Shown here: one piece after another, positions 39,110 to 59,539 of the stretch
How the letters are laid out: every line of letters starts with the position of its first letter
Position numbering within the stretch: position 1 is the first letter of the stretch
The notes under the pieces: model-generated
Databases searched by the model: none
Told to the model about the DNA's origin: nothing
Seen by the model: only the letters and a program-made list of their open reading frames with translations
Made by a program: the position numbers and the translations under genes
Assembly (NCBI RefSeq): GCF_009914755.1
Contig: NC_060932.1
Reading direction: 5' to 3' (one strand)
Length of the DNA: 64,000 bases
Origin: the human T2T-CHM13v2.0 reference genome, Homo sapiens

Positions 39110-40560
39110 TCTGGAGCCTTCATTCTTAAAAAATATTGTTACTGGATATAGAATTATACATTGGCAGTTGTTTTCTTTCAGCGTTTTCAAAATATTATTC
39201 TCGTCTTTTCTGTCTTTCATGATTTCTGATAAGAAAGTGGCTGTTAATTACCATTGTTTCTTTGTATTTAATATGTTAGTTTTCAGTATTTACTCTTTAT
39301 ATTTGGCTGTCAACACTTTAATATGATGTGCCTTAGCTTTAGCTTGTTTGCGTTCATTGTGAGTATTGTTTGTGCAGCATCTAGTATTTAAACATTTTTA
39401 TCTTTCACCAAATTTGGGAAATGTTCAGCTATTATTTCTTTAAAAAATATTGTTCTACATCATTCTCTCATCTCCTTCTGGCATTCCTATTATATGTATG
39501 TTTTCTTGTTTTATCCAGTCTAACAGGACACTGTTAATTTCCCATAATCAGGTTTTTCACCTTGGACAATCTTTATTGCTCTATATTTGAGTTCACTTAC
39601 TCTTTCTCTGTTCTATTTGACCATTAAGTTTTTCCACCAACTTTTTATCATAATTATAAATTTTAGTTCTATAACTTCCAGTTGTTTCCTATTTTATTGT
39701 TTTTAATTTTCTGCTGACATTTCCAACTTCTCTGCCAAGATTTCTATTCACTGAAATCATGTTCTGTTTTATTTCATTGACTATTGTTATAACAGCTGTC
39801 TTAATTTCTTTATCTGTCAGTTCCAGCATCTGGTTCATCTCTAGCTTGAACACAATTAATGTTTTTTTCTCCTTAGAATATTTTCCATTTTCTTGGATCT
39901 TTACATGTTGGATAATTTTGGACAGAACGTTAGTATCATGGATGTTAACAGATCCTAGATACTGTTATTTTTATCTGATAGAGCATTTTTTTTTCTTTTT
40001 GCAGGTAATATTCTTAGTTGGTCTTCAACTGAATATTGATTTTTGACAGCAGTTCAGTTTCAGTTCAGATCTTTACCAGAGCTGCTTTGTGTCTTTTCCA
40101 TGCCATATGCTTCTGGATTCAGTCAGTGATATGATGGACAGGACCAGGGATCCCCTCTCTGATGATGGACAGGACCAGGGATCCCCTCTCTGCCTCTTTC
40201 CCTTCTAATATTACCCCACTCTCTCTCCAACATTTACAATTTTCTGGCTTCATTTTGATTTCTCAGACCAGAAAAATTAAGTTTTCCTAATGGACCACTG
40301 CCACTGCTGTCTGAGCCATGAAGACAACACTTAGCCCAGGCTAAAAGCAGTGGAGTTGAAAACTTACTTGTCCAGATCCATATCTCTCCTCCTTCAAGCA
40401 AGCATGGACTCCCCCATTAGATCCTGTCATCTTCTCTTCAGTCTCCAGTACTATCATATGATTACGTGCAGTCTCACAGTTGTTGTATGCGGGGTGAAGA
40501 AATCATCCAACAGGGTCTTAGTCTATTATACCCATAAGTGGAAGTCTCTGTTTAAGTCTA
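39110..40560 (-). mobile_element. Ancient L1M ORF1/5' region
   Basis: Reverse peptide NILKTLKENNCQCIILYPVTIFFKNEG resembles the L1 ORF1 C-terminal domain. Confidence 0.7.
40131..40192. repeat. Perfect 31-bp tandem duplication
   Basis: ATGATGGACAGGACCAGGGATCCCCTCTCTG x2. Confidence 0.95.
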
Positions 40561-41994
40561 TTTTTTAAATAATTTTGTACCAAGATAAAATACCTCTATT
40601 AATAGTGTCTTTAAAAATCACTTCTGTAATCCAAATACAACAGAAGAAAGGAAGTTTTTTAAAAGTGCTATCTTTTTCACTTGCTGAAAGAAATCAGTAA
40701 AGATAACAAATCAATTAATAAAGACTTGGGTGGTGAAGCTTCTGTAGGTAATCCTTGCTTACACTTAAAAGTGGAGGCAGTAGAATAATTATAATAATAA
40801 AAGAGCAAATATTTATTGAGTGCTGGCAATTAATCTGCAGAATGGCACAATGATTTCAGTACCGCTTTCATTCCTATTTTACAGCTGAGGAAATTCAGGA
40901 AGAGAAAGTTAAGTAACCTGACCAAGATCAGAGAGTGAAGAAGCCTGGGCACTTACAGGGAATCTAAGAACTGCCAGGGATGGAATCACATCCTCCGCGC
41001 TTAGCTTTGAAAGACTGTTAACATTGCAGCATGATGCCATGTCCAACAAGCAGAACAGCGGGGAAAATTAAGAGTAGCTTGTAAGGGTACCTGAGAGTAG
41101 TCTCACAGAGTGCCACCAACTGTCCCAGGGAGCACAGAAAGCAATCTAGGACCCACTGAAACCATCCCAGAGATGAGGTGCAGAAGTCACATGTGGAGGC
41201 CTGAGGTTGGGACAAGAAGGCCACAGAGAGCAGAAACCTCACAAAGGGCATTGTGTGGGCACAGTCAGCACTGAGCCCCAGCACAAGGCTCAAACCATGC
41301 AGAAGGCACCAGCCACACCTCAAGGGACAACAAAGGATGCCCAGAAGAGGCAGGATTCAGAACAGAGACCCCTTTTGCTACAACCACAAAGTGCTCCTAG
41401 GCTCAGATGCCTTGTGGGAGACAAGGAGATCCTGAAGAGAAGAACCCTGAGAGACCAGAGGCAGCTCTGAAGGGAGATGGAGCTTTGAATTGACTAAATA
41501 TTTTCAAGATTTTTTAAATTAAAAGTGATACACGGGATAGCAATTTCAAGGGTTTTCTTCCACCCATTTGTAGGTGACATGAGAATTTTAAAATAACATG
41601 AGGTCCTTTACAGAAAAAGTTTCACTTGATGATTTTTTTGCCCCTGAGTCTGAGCACGCACATTTTGACCTTCCTCTCTCACACCAGTGAACGGGCAGTT
41701 GCAACACAATGTGTTAGGGTGCCCTTGGGGAATTGCCAAGTCTTCTGAGAAGATCTAAGCTGATAGTGGGAGGGTAGGCATCGACCTGGGAAGGGTGCTG
41801 GGAGAGGGGAGGGTTCCGTGAGCCTATCTCCAAGCCTCTCAGCTGATTGAAAGATAAAGATGGAACATGATGTGTCTGTAGAACTTCAAGGATACTGTTA
41901 GAGCTGGAATTTTCAGTAAAAGGGGGAAAACAGAAATGAGGGTAGAAGTCAGCGGGAGGTGGGCCATGATGGAATGTGTGCTCAGTTCTAATTA

Positions 41995-43999
<2,005 letters not shown>

Positions 44000-45377
44000 T
44001 AATTTACCTGAAATGACTACTGTTACCATGCAAGGCATGTGTATTACATTGAGAGAAGGTATAATTCTTCATGATATTGCAGGGGCTAAGACATACACAA
44101 AAAATATAAGTAGATATGTGAAGAGTGGACACTAATGTTTCCAAGTAAACATTTCTGGACAAATAGACTTCTTTTTTGGAAAGACTGCTTATTTACTGAT
44201 AAATTCCAGAGGAATTAATTTGTAATCTGGTCAGGATGTGTTTATGAGCTAATACATTCATTTTCCTCTCACCAAAAAAAAAAGAAGAAAGAAAAAAAAA
44301 TGCCTATCATCTAGCATGCAATTCAGAGAATGGAAATTGGCACAGGGACTAATTACAGCTCACAAAGAAAAAAATCTGCTATTTTGATGAAAATGTGTTT
44401 CCTAGTGTTTTTGTTATTTCCGTTGGTAATTGCAGAAAATAGTTTGAGTGCAGTGACAATTGTTATGGTTCTCTATGTATTCCTATTCTAAGTCATAAAT
44501 AAAGCAGTATTCCTGGCAAATATTTTGGGATCCATCTGGAAAGAAGGAATGATGACAACTCCAGAAGATAAGCTTTTGTTGTTTCAGTGTCTCTCCTGTC
44601 TTAAATTGTTTGTTAAATAAAAGCTATGTCTTGGTGGGCATTCTGAGACTCAAAAATTCCGCTTATTCTTTCAACTTTGAAAGAACAAAAATGTATAGAG
44701 TTCCTAAGTATCTATTTGCAAGACAGAAACACAAAAAAAGCTAGAAAATTCTGTACACTAGGTTTGTTGGATACAGGTTCGAATTAATTCAGAAAGTCTA
44801 GCCCACAGCCAGCTGTTGCTTTTTGGAGGGCATTAGGGACATTCTTTGGCAGACTGCATTTTGAAATTTCAAAAAAAAATAAAACCGTATTCTAGAATGT
44901 TATGTTCTCCCACAGCTTACTGTTGCCCCAGCTGTTAGGATGGGGAGCCTGAGGAAGTCCACGGAATGTGAAAACAGAAGAACTAATACATGAAAGAAAG
45001 ATATTTTAAAATACCATGAAAGTGCCAGTATTTTGTAGATTTATAACCATGACTTTCCAAATAAATTTCGACATTTATTCTGTAATGAGTTAAAAATCCT
45101 GCTAGCTACTGGCATGCGTTTCAAATTTAAAACATATTTTTCCATTCAACAAATGTAATAAATGACACTTGGTGAGCCCTAAAACCCTTGACCAGTCACA
45201 GAGTCACCAAAATACTGTGTATTTTAAATGGAACAAAAATAGGACAAAATAGAAAAAAAATAAATTTGTATTTGAGATTATTACTATTTATCTTGAAGGC
45301 TGGTTCTTGAACTAGGAAGAAATTAATCAGAGCTAGTAAAACAGTATTAATAAAATATAATCTGTTTATTAAATTAC

Positions 45378-45510
45378 AGGGACTTTGAAGTATTGTTCCC
45401 CTTTATTTTATATGGATTTCTTGCCCCTTGACAAGAGTGCATCACCATTGATCTCCTTATGTGTATCAGCTCTCGGTAAAAGTGTTGGAAAGAGATTTTT
45501 CCTCAGGTAT
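45378..45510 (-). pseudogene. Possible upstream pseudo-exon (R)YLRKNLFPTLLPRADTHKEINGDALLSRGKKSI*NKGEQYFKVP
   Basis: Strong pyrimidine tract TTCTCCCCCTTCCTTTCCAATTTGTGCTCAG|, CCT|GTAATT donor, 133 nt, one stop; link to the main chain unproven. Confidence 0.3.
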
Positions 45511-45692
45511 CTGAGCACAAATTGGAAAGGAAGGGGGAGAATTAAAGAGTGTGTATATGAATATATAAAAGAGGTAAAACCTTCAGTAAAATAACCAAAA
45601 ATAAGAGCATAAATAAGCGAGAGTCCCTGAAGAGAAGAGATAGGAGATGGCCAACCAAAGTGCAGGGCGCTGTCCAGGCCTAGGACACAGAG

Positions 45693-46559
45693 AAGACAGG
45701 GTATCTGTTGGTGCTTGGTGAAACTGGGACCCAGCTGCTCTTCAAACTGTTTCATCAAGGCTTACCATAGAGTCTGGCACATAGAAGGAGTTCATCAATA
45801 TTTGTGGAATAAGTGAGTGAACAAATGAATGGGAAAATAAATCCTGAACCCTCGGGGAGTCTCCCCTTCTCAGAGGCAACATCAGGTGGCCAAAACCAGG
45901 CAACCTAGCTCTGCCTCCTGGCTGTGTCAGGCTGATGGGATCTCAAGAATGTTAGTTGGGTCTCCCTCTTCCTCTATCAAATGGAGGGGACCCTCCTCTA
46001 CAAAATGGGGTGATGACAGCATCTCCCACCGAGGACTTTGGTGAGGGTTTCGTGAACTACTATGGCAAAGTGATTTCAATACTGCCTGGTACTTAGCAAA
46101 TTCTCAATACATGTTGCATCATTCATTCATTCAAACATTACCTCCTGGAGGCCTACTGGGGCCCAGGCTCTTCTCTGGTGATAGGACAACAGCCATGGAC
46201 TTGAGAAAGTCCTCTGAGCAAGTCCTGCCCTCACAAAGTTCACATTTCTGGCAGGCATGTGTTTTACCCCACAGCTCTGGTTGTGAGAAATATCTAATCC
46301 TTTCTTTTTCTAAAACAAACAAACAACAAAAAAAAAAAAAGAAAGAAAAGAAATCAAATCCAAGCTTCCATTTATCAAAGTACCAAGACATTAATCTCAT
46401 TTTCATCTGTCCCCTTGAATCTACAGGGCTAAAATAGCAAAGATGGGGTCCTTGTTGGTATTGTGTGAAACTGGGACCCAGCTGCTGTTCTTCAAACAAT
46501 ATGACTAAGATTTACCATAGAGCCTGGCATGTAGCAAGGTTTCATCAATATTTGTGGAA
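45693..46559 (+). repeat. Diverged ~117-bp direct repeat (45693-45809 and 46440-46559)
   Basis: Shared GTGAAACTGGGACCCAGCTGCT...TTACCATAGAG...TTCATCAATATTTGTGGAA. Confidence 0.85.
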
Positions 46560-49500
46560 CTTGGGAAAGAGGGAAAGTGTCTCTGAGCACTGACGTGCCC
46601 AGTGGCCAGAACTGCAGGGTCCACTGAAAGATGGGCAGAGTTCCATGGGCCAGGATCACCAACCACCAACAGCAATGCCGGCCAAGCATCCCAAGACTCA
46701 GATCACCACCCACCACCTTTCTTTTTCTAGGGAGATGACAGCTGAGCTGAGGAAGGCTAAGGGGTCTGCTACACAACAAAACAGGAGAGTATTCCAGGCT
46801 GGGGCTTAGATACATCGTTCTAGCCCATTGAAAAAAAACTGGGGGCTCCCAGGAGGTGCAGAGTGGCTAAAAAGTGTTACGTGACTTTTGTGCTGACATG
46901 AAGCATCATTGATTTAGGACCCTCTTCCCAAACACGTTCTCATCCAACTCACAGCAGCATTGTTCCTGGCGCAGGAATGAGAAGCAGAATGTCCCAAAGG
47001 GAGAGCGAGGTTGGCAAGCAAAAAGCTGCAAGCCCCTGGACGCTGAAGGGGAGCCCACACGGGGCAAGGATTGAGATGGGTTCAGAGAAGTCGCTGTGGA
47101 AGGAGGCACCCAGGAGCACAGGAATAGGCTCCATGCCCCTCTGTCTTTGCCTGCAATGGGCCTTTTCTCCTCAGCTCCTCTCTGGCTGAATGGCAGAGGT
47201 CAATGGTACACAGAAGAGCAAGGCCAGAAGGTGCTCTGTCCTGCCAGGGCCTGATCTCCCCTGCACAGGTCCTTGGGAATATGGCTCAACCTTTGGGCTG
47301 TGCATGCTTTCACAGTCTTGCTTCTTTACCCCTGAGGTTCTCAGGATGCATTCCAAGGTTTAACTTTGCACTTGAAGATGGGAGATAGAGATAAAGAAGG
47401 CAACTTTCCCAAGGTGACCCTGCAAGAACTGACCTCAGACCCATTTGGGGCTTCAAAAGAATGCTTGAGTCAAGCATGGTTAATGGTTTATTTTCCCATA
47501 TGTAATTTTTCTTTTCACGTTGTACATGGTCTTGATAATAGACAATAAGCTATTGTTTTATTTGGCTAGAAAGGCTTTACTGTAAACATTTTTCCATGGA
47601 GCAATTTGAAACTGGAGTGGCTAACTGACCCATTTGTTATCATAAGGGATGGGGACATGACTCATAGCAGAGGAAACAGATCACTGTTGCTATCAGTTGA
47701 TAATTAGTGTGGCAACACTAATTTTTTCATTATAGGTAAGTTTTCTCATTATAGGCAGAGCATCAACTTAAGCTCGGATCCCAGCTTCCATGTTCCTTAT
47801 TCCCTCATAGCCAGACCTCCTTAAACTCCACTTGTAAACTTGGCCTTGCCTTGGACCATCACATTGACACAGCCTGGAGGCAGCCCCTGCCTGCATCTGG
47901 AGCTCCAGACATCCCCAGGGCAAGGACTTCTGGCTGTGCTTTGGGTAGCTTCCTCCCAGAGGCCCCAGGTGGCTGCTACCACCACATGGCCTGTCTGAGG
48001 GCAGGCAACTTGCTTCTCCTCTGTCCTTCTGCTCTCCTCCCCTACTGATTGCCACTAGTCTCTCCAAACTGATATTAATGTCATTTATTCAGCATGGATT
48101 GAGCACCTACAATGTGGGGGCAGATGTTAGTTGTGAGTATTCAGCAACAGGCAAATCAGAGCCCTGCCTTCATGAGGACTACAATCTGCCAGGGATGACT
48201 GATATTGGGCAGGTAATGACAAACACAACGACTGTCATAAAATGAGGGCCACAGGGTACAAAGAGAGCTCATCTAGACCTGGGAGCAGGGCTCAGCCGAA
48301 ACCTTCTGACAAACTTTTAGCTGATACTATTCTCTGCACACCCAGATTAGAATTTGCACACATGTAGCTGGATCCTTGTTTCCAACTTCTGTCTGTTCCT
48401 GTGTTCTCCTGTGAGGTCTGGCCTGTCCCTTCCCACTCCATGTAGCAAAAAATCACATACATTCTCATATCAGGATATGACAAAAATAATATCCCTTAAA
48501 AACACATTCCCCATTTGTAATATATTATCCATCTAAATTGAAAAACTTCTTTTCAGCTTTTTTTCTTTTAACTCACACCTTTCTAAGAACACGTATCTTT
48601 TATAATTTATTATGTTTTAGAAATGAGCATTGCATGAATATGTCATCCTAACAGCAAACTAGCACACAGGCTTATCCAAGCATAAAATAAGTTGTAAAAG
48701 AATATGTTTGGGAATATATTACTGGATGACTCTGTTAACTCCATTTTTAATATGTGGTTTGCCCATCTAAACTATGTTTCAGCACAAGTCCATTTGTGGG
48801 CTTCTGAGAGGCACTTGAGAATCACTGAGCCACTCTTTTCCCCCACTGAGCTCCCCATAGGCTGAGCTAACTGAAGAGAGTGTAAATTTCCAGAGGGTAG
48901 CAGTTTCCTGTGTGGCTTGGAAACATCTGTAGCTGTGTGCTAGTCATGTTAAGCCATGGGGAGGGGGTGTCCCTGCAAAGCCCAACATGCTTCTGCCAGG
49001 GAGAGAGGGGATCACCACGGGGTGGGTTTGGACAGGGGCAGGATGGGAGCAGAGGATGAGAGGAGAGTCTCATGTGACAATGTAAAACTATAGTTTTGGC
49101 TTCCAGCCAAAGACAAGAAGGAGCCTGATTATATTGCATATTTTAGGATCCTTTTCCTATTTCATTGAAATGAGGAGGCAAAAAGCTTCTCTTTGTCATA
49201 AGAAATCAATTTCCTAGCTTCCATTTCTGCTTAGTGCAATGTTTTTCTGTTATATCCTTTAAAATGCCATTTGTTCATGTGATTACAGAATGAATTCCAA
49301 TCCATGCTTAATTCTTTAAAAATCATCTTTTGCATTTAAAGGCTATAAAAAAAGCATATGGATGAGCATATTAATCACAGCTACTATTTCCAGGGCCTGA
49401 GTGTAAAGAAGCATTTATGTTAATGGTGTATGTGTCTAAGCATACAAGTTTAGAAATATTCCCAATTACCAAATTCATTTCTTCTGCTGAAACAAGAATA

Positions 49501-50735
49501 TAACTGAAAGAATAAATTATCCTAACAGCACACCCCCTTCAGGTTACCTCTCTGAGGTTAAATTTTTGCTGTTTGAATCAAAGGTTACAGATTATATATT
49601 GCCAATCACGACACTTAGGCTGTGATTGAATCAGCCAAAATGTTTAGCCACATTTTCTGGCTCTGCCTCTGAATTGATGTGGAAAGTTCCAAATGCATCC
49701 AGTTGGGCTCCCTGGAGAATCAAACCTTATAAAAGTGTTCCTCATTCACTTGCAGTAAAAGTTTTTGCAATCGGTTCCTTAGTTGAAAATTGGCACCAGT
49801 TATTCATGGCATACCATACATCACACACACAGGCCACCAAAGCACTGCATGCCGAATATTGTGCAGTGGTGGTAAATACAACAAATCATGTCAGCATTGG
49901 GCAGGGAGAGCTATTGCACATCCTTTAGTGGCCTAGGTCCTTGAAGAGTATTTTAGAGCCAAAGGAGGAGAAGTCTTGGGAATGATAAACTAGTCAGTGT
50001 CATGTATCAAACTCACATTAAACAGGATGAAACCACCTGTCTCAGATTTCTTATCTGCTATTTTTCCTCCCCTGTGGTAGGACAAACTCTTTCCATCACA
50101 TGCAAAAGGGATTCTCAGATCAGTATACAGTTTCCAAAGATGAGGAAAGATTCCATTAACTGAATTACAATCATTGAAATAGGTGATTTTTAAAGCCAAT
50201 TTTAAAAATGTTATGAACAACTAACATTTTTTTCTCGCCAGTTATAGTAATAGAAAAACACTAATTCCTTAGCATCTAGGGATGCCAGATCAAGATTATA
50301 GGAGCCTAAGAGTGGATCAGAACCTGTATATCTTTTTATGCTACCTCTGCTAGGTTTGAATTACAGGTGCAAAAATTAGAAAAGGCTTATGAGATGAAAA
50401 GAGTGGCCTGTGGCATACAAAGCTGATATCTTGCCACGTTACTACATATTTCTTCAATTTATTAGAATAAAATGTTAATGAGTACAGACACCCAAACACA
50501 GAATTCCAAATTGCTAATTGGGGATTTTTGCTGGCACTGTGCTTATTGTCAGATTCAGAGAAGGAAGATGAATTTAAAGTTTTAGAAATGTCACCCCTTA
50601 GGGATGTGATCAAACAGCACATCTGTGTCCCTGATGGATAGTAATCAGAAGAACAATACATGAAGCAGGTTCACTGTGCATCAATATCAGTCCCAGAAGA
50701 AGATGCTAAACACCTTGCCAATATCATATATCAGT

Positions 50736-51470
<735 letters not shown>

Positions 51471-51639
51471 AGGAGTTATTACTTCCTCACCAAAAAACAA
51501 AACCAAGATTTGTCACTCAGCATTGACACCCTGGTAGGCAGGGATTCTGAACCTTGGCTAATGATCATCATCCTCAGCAACTTCATAGCCAACATTTACA
51601 AGCACCTACTGTTTGCTTTATCTGAATAAATTCCTGTAG

Positions 51640-52690
51640 CAACTGTATTTGCTTGGGTCCTCCAGAAAGCTGACTCACTATGGGGTGAAATCTGTGTGAG
51701 ATTTATGGGAGAAAAGATTTGAGGGAAAATGGTGGGGGTAGCTGGGAGAGGTGGTAATGCAGGTCCAACTGCTGTGGACAAGATTGGGAAAAAAGGAAGG
51801 TTGGGTGGGAAAAGTCTTAGAATACACTGCAAATTTTTAAGAAAGCCTATCAGGAGTCCTCGAGTCAAGGTTGCCTATCATAGACACCCACATCACCCAA
51901 AAACAAGCTGCCTTATTATCCCTGCCATGCCCCATTACTGGCTGGGAGGAGCCTCGGGAAGCAGGGCCTTGGCATGGACACTGGGATGTGTCAGCACCAC
52001 AGCTGGGCTGACCTTCAGTCCATGGCACCTCCTGCAGTCAGAGACTCAAGGGGGTGCTTTTCTATTTTATCAGTCTGGGTCCAATCAGGAGAGATAATCC
52101 ATATGGGGAATTAAACAGGAGAAGTTCAATTTAAAAAACCATTAAACTCTAATAAAAAAGAGTGACTACAAGTTACAAAGACACTCTGCATGGTACCCCA
52201 GAGCTTAGGTAAAATACAAAAGGAAGGACAGACTCAAAAGGGCTGTGGGGTTCACACCTTGCTGCAGAAAGCACAGTTCAGTCCTTGAATAGTGGGAACA
52301 ATTTGCTGGTTTGCCCTGACTAGGGCTGATATGCTGTGACCCAGCAAGCAGAAAGCAGCCCTCTGGAGCACAGGCAATTACGAGCAGTGTGGGTGTTCAG
52401 AGGGAAGGCTGGCTGTGATGGAGCCATGCACAGGCCTGCAGAAGGAATCAGGTGCAGTGTGGCAGGCGGCCTTCAGGGCACTGGTCTCCATATTGGTAGG
52501 GCATGGAAAGGCCACCAGGCCAGGCTGAGATTCTGGCCATGAGACTGAGGTGGAGCTGCATAGATTCCTCACCCTTACCCAACTGATGCACTGTGCAGCA
52601 GGGAACGTTTCCTCCTGCAGGATCCCTCCACACGCTCTCCTGAGGAAAGTGACCCTGGGCTCACTGTGAAGGAGAGATGTGGAAGAATGT
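51640..52690 (-). mobile_element. Old ERVL LTR remnants (LTR16/LTR33/LTR50-like)
   Basis: TGGGTCCTCCAGAAAGCTGACTC and AGTCTGGGTCCAATCAGGAGAG starts are typical of reverse ERVL LTR ends. Confidence 0.45.
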
Positions 52691-54900
52691 CATTCATTGC
52701 AGCAGAGCGTGCCTGGAGCTTGGGGCTAATGAGCAATGCGTGGATAAATGGAACACGTGGTCACCTTGGGAACCCCATATGAGGTTAGTACTTGTGTTGT
52801 CCCTTTGTATAGAGGAGAAAACTGAGGCTTGGGGGAAGTAAATATTTAGCAAGCTGAGGAGCTGGAGTTCCAACCCTAAGTCTGTGATTCCAGAATTCAT
52901 GTCTTACTCACCATGCTACATTAGTAAGATTCATCACAGAAGATGCCAGGATCCTTTCTAAATCTCCTGCTTATAATGATGAGCCTGGGATTTGTTAGCA
53001 TACCATCAAAATAATTTTAATATTTTGTAGGCTTGAGAATGCATTTTTCCCTTATATTCTGTAATAGTTTGGCTCTGCCAAGTGTAGGACAGATTTTTAA
53101 CCACATGCCAAGCAATAAACTTGCCTCAAATAAAAGGATCAAAGATGGCAAAGCAGTGGCAACTGTATCCATGAGGAACTATTACAGGCCCTGTGGTCAT
53201 TTAGCCTCAGGGAGAAACTGAAAAGGAGTGATGATTCTGGTATTCAGCACGTAAAGATTTTCTCAACTGAGAGACTCAACAGCTTTTCTCCTTTTCCCCT
53301 AAGGGCTGAATGTGAGGAAATGAGCTCGCATTAAAACCAGATAGATTTCTGCTGCTTATAAGGAAGAACTTCTTAACCATTATGATGATGAAACACTAGA
53401 ATAGGTTCCTTACAAAGTGTTAAAGTCTCCATTTCCAGAGATATTAAAACAGAATCAAAACTATCCATCATGATTGATTTGGACACTAATCTAGATGAAA
53501 ATAGCAGCCTCCTAAGGTCCTTTACTGTCCCAGAATTCCAATATGCCTTAGTCATCTTTAATTCTTCCTTGCCAACAGAGGTAAATGGCTTCCAAGGACG
53601 ATGAACACACAGGGAAGTTGTTAATGATAGTTCACATTTATTGAGTGCTCACATTCACCAAGTGCTTTATGCATATTGTCTCTCATCTTTGCAACACTAC
53701 AAGGTAAGCACCATTATTTTTCATTTTTACAGGCAGTCAGGCATAGAGAAGTCAAGCACCTTATCAAAGATCACACAGCAAGTAAATAGTAGTCAGAATT
53801 CTAACCCAGAACTTTCTATATCCAATTCCATGTATTCTGATGAATAAACTATGGCTTTTAACTCTTCCAGTAGGCTACTGAGCAGTCCCCCTCAGATGCT
53901 TACCCTCCACCCCAAAAACTCTCCACGACACCCTCAAAATCTGCCAGGTCTAATTTGTACAATCAACTTAACACCACCTACCTGGAAAATTAGCCACAAA
54001 TGGAGAGGAAAAGACAGATAAAGAGCATATACTATATTATATTCTGCTACCTGGGCTCCTGTGAAATAGCAAAGAATTGACTTAGTTCAGAAAACTAATC
54101 TGAGAGAAGAAATGAATGATACAGCCCTGGTGAAACATGTGAAAACTGGCCCCTGCTACTTTTGCAATGGGAAAGTGTGAAACCTGAACCACTGTAGTAG
54201 TGCTTGTAGAAACCAAGCCATCTGAAATACACAATCCCTGGTGTTTCTTTGAGGGATTGGTTTAAGTGTTTTGACAACTAGAGATTCCTTCTTATTCGCT
54301 TGCCATTAATCTTTTGCATCTGTGGTCACAGGACAAGAGAGCAAATCTGTTTTTCATGAATGCCTCATTGTGATAACACCCCCACCACCCCACCACATTC
54401 ACCTCCGTGAGAGCATTAACCATTAACTAAGTGTGGTGGCTGGTACCTTTCCCATGAAACAGGGCTCACTGTGGTCTCCCCAGCCACACCAGCTGCCTGG
54501 AGCAGGATTCCTGTTGCTCCTTCTGTCCAGATGGCTTCAAGCTGGAAATTACTTACGAGAACCCAGGAAAACACTTGTTCTCCCCAACACTATTTATTTG
54601 CTTTGGAAGAGCTTTACAAAACACTCCTATATGCTCAACCAACAAAATATCACCTCTACCCTGCACCTCTTGCAATATTAAACAAACTGAGTGCTGAAGG
54701 GTTAAAACAAAGATGAATACAAGGCTTTCTGTGCCCTCAAAGAGTTCACAGAGTTGTACAGAAGATAAACATAAGAGCAACAACAATACGGTGTGGACCC
54801 TGATTAAAGTATCAGGGATTCTGTGTAAGCAGAAAAAAGGCACCCAGCCTCAGACATTGGAGCACACTCTCCAGGGACTGAGTTTTGAGCAGAGCTTTCA

Positions 54901-55277
54901 GCATTAGTCAACACAGACTGCCATAACCAAATACTGTAGACTGGGAAGCTTAAATGACAGACATTTGTTTTCTCATGGTCCTGGAGGCTGGAAGTCTGAG
55001 ATCAGGGGGCCAGTATGGTTGGGTTCTAGTGAGGCCTCTCATCCTAGCTTGCATGTGGTCACCTTCTTGCTGTGTCCTCACATAGCTAGAAAGAGGTGGG
55101 GAGCAAACTCTCTGGTGTCTCTGCACATAAGGACACTAACCTATCAGATTAGGGCCCCTCCCTTATGACCTTATTTAACCTAATTACCTTCTAAAGGCCC
55201 CATCTCTGAATAGAGTCCCACTGGGAGTTAGGACTTTATCATATGCTTTTGTAGGGGACACAATCAGTCCATAACGC
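54901..55277 (-). mobile_element. MLT1A-like MaLR LTR inserted in L2 (~54680-55830)
   Basis: CTGCCATAACCAAATACTGTAGACTGG...CAATCAGTCCATAAC. Confidence 0.8.
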
Positions 55278-56056
55278 CTCCAGAATGATAGGATTGACCA
55301 GGTGGAAGGTAGTTAGAAAAGGGAGGGCATCCCTGGCAAACATACCAGTGTTCAAAGGCTTAGGCCACAGGTTCAGTGGTTTAGGCAGACACAGCACATC
55401 AGGGGAGCACAGAATGATCCAACGTGTTTACACAGAGGAGAATGTGGTGTAAGGTGGCCAGAAGGAAAAGCCTTGAATGCTTTCTAAGCACTATGCTCTT
55501 TATCATGTGGGCAGTCTGGATTTTTGCAGAACTTTTAAAAGAGTTGAACAGACTGCCATTTAGGAAAAAAACAACCAGTTGGTTCATATTTGAAGAATGA
55601 GTAGTAGGAGTCAAAGTAAATTGGATTAGGGATCCAAGCCATGGGCACTGCAACAGGAAAGGTCATAAGGGGGTTTGCCAAGGCAGTAGCCATGGATGTG
55701 AGGAAGAAGAAACAGGTGTGAGAGTTATTTAGGAGCCAGAATAGAAGGCATGTTGACTATGGAGGGTAGGAAGGGGAAGAGTAGAAGAGAACTCTAGCTC
55801 TCTAGATGGGTGCCTGGGTGATAGTTATGTTTCTATATTATCTACAGTTGAACTAGAGCTACATGCTTCACTTTTTGGTTGTTGCTTTTGTCCTATTCAC
55901 TGACTACCCTTCAGCCCTTCCCATAAATCTCACTTAACACAGTGGTGGTTCTGGCATGTGAATGAAAGAATAAAGATACAAACTGTGATCATTATAAAAA
56001 TTTGAGTTAATACTTAAGACGGGCAGGAGATGTGGTGAAAAAACAGTATCACAATT

Positions 56057-59539
<3,483 letters not shown>

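Noticed and set aside
44360-44674. Minus-strand exon after 45378-45510
   Set aside because: Acceptor is plausible, but two frames look equally weak with multiple stops and no clear donor
50350-50700. Endogenous bornavirus glycoprotein-like element
   Set aside because: Short words (FMYCS, VFG, Y.V...CHR) recall bornavirus G as I remember it, but the spacing would need large deletions; likely chance without a real alignment
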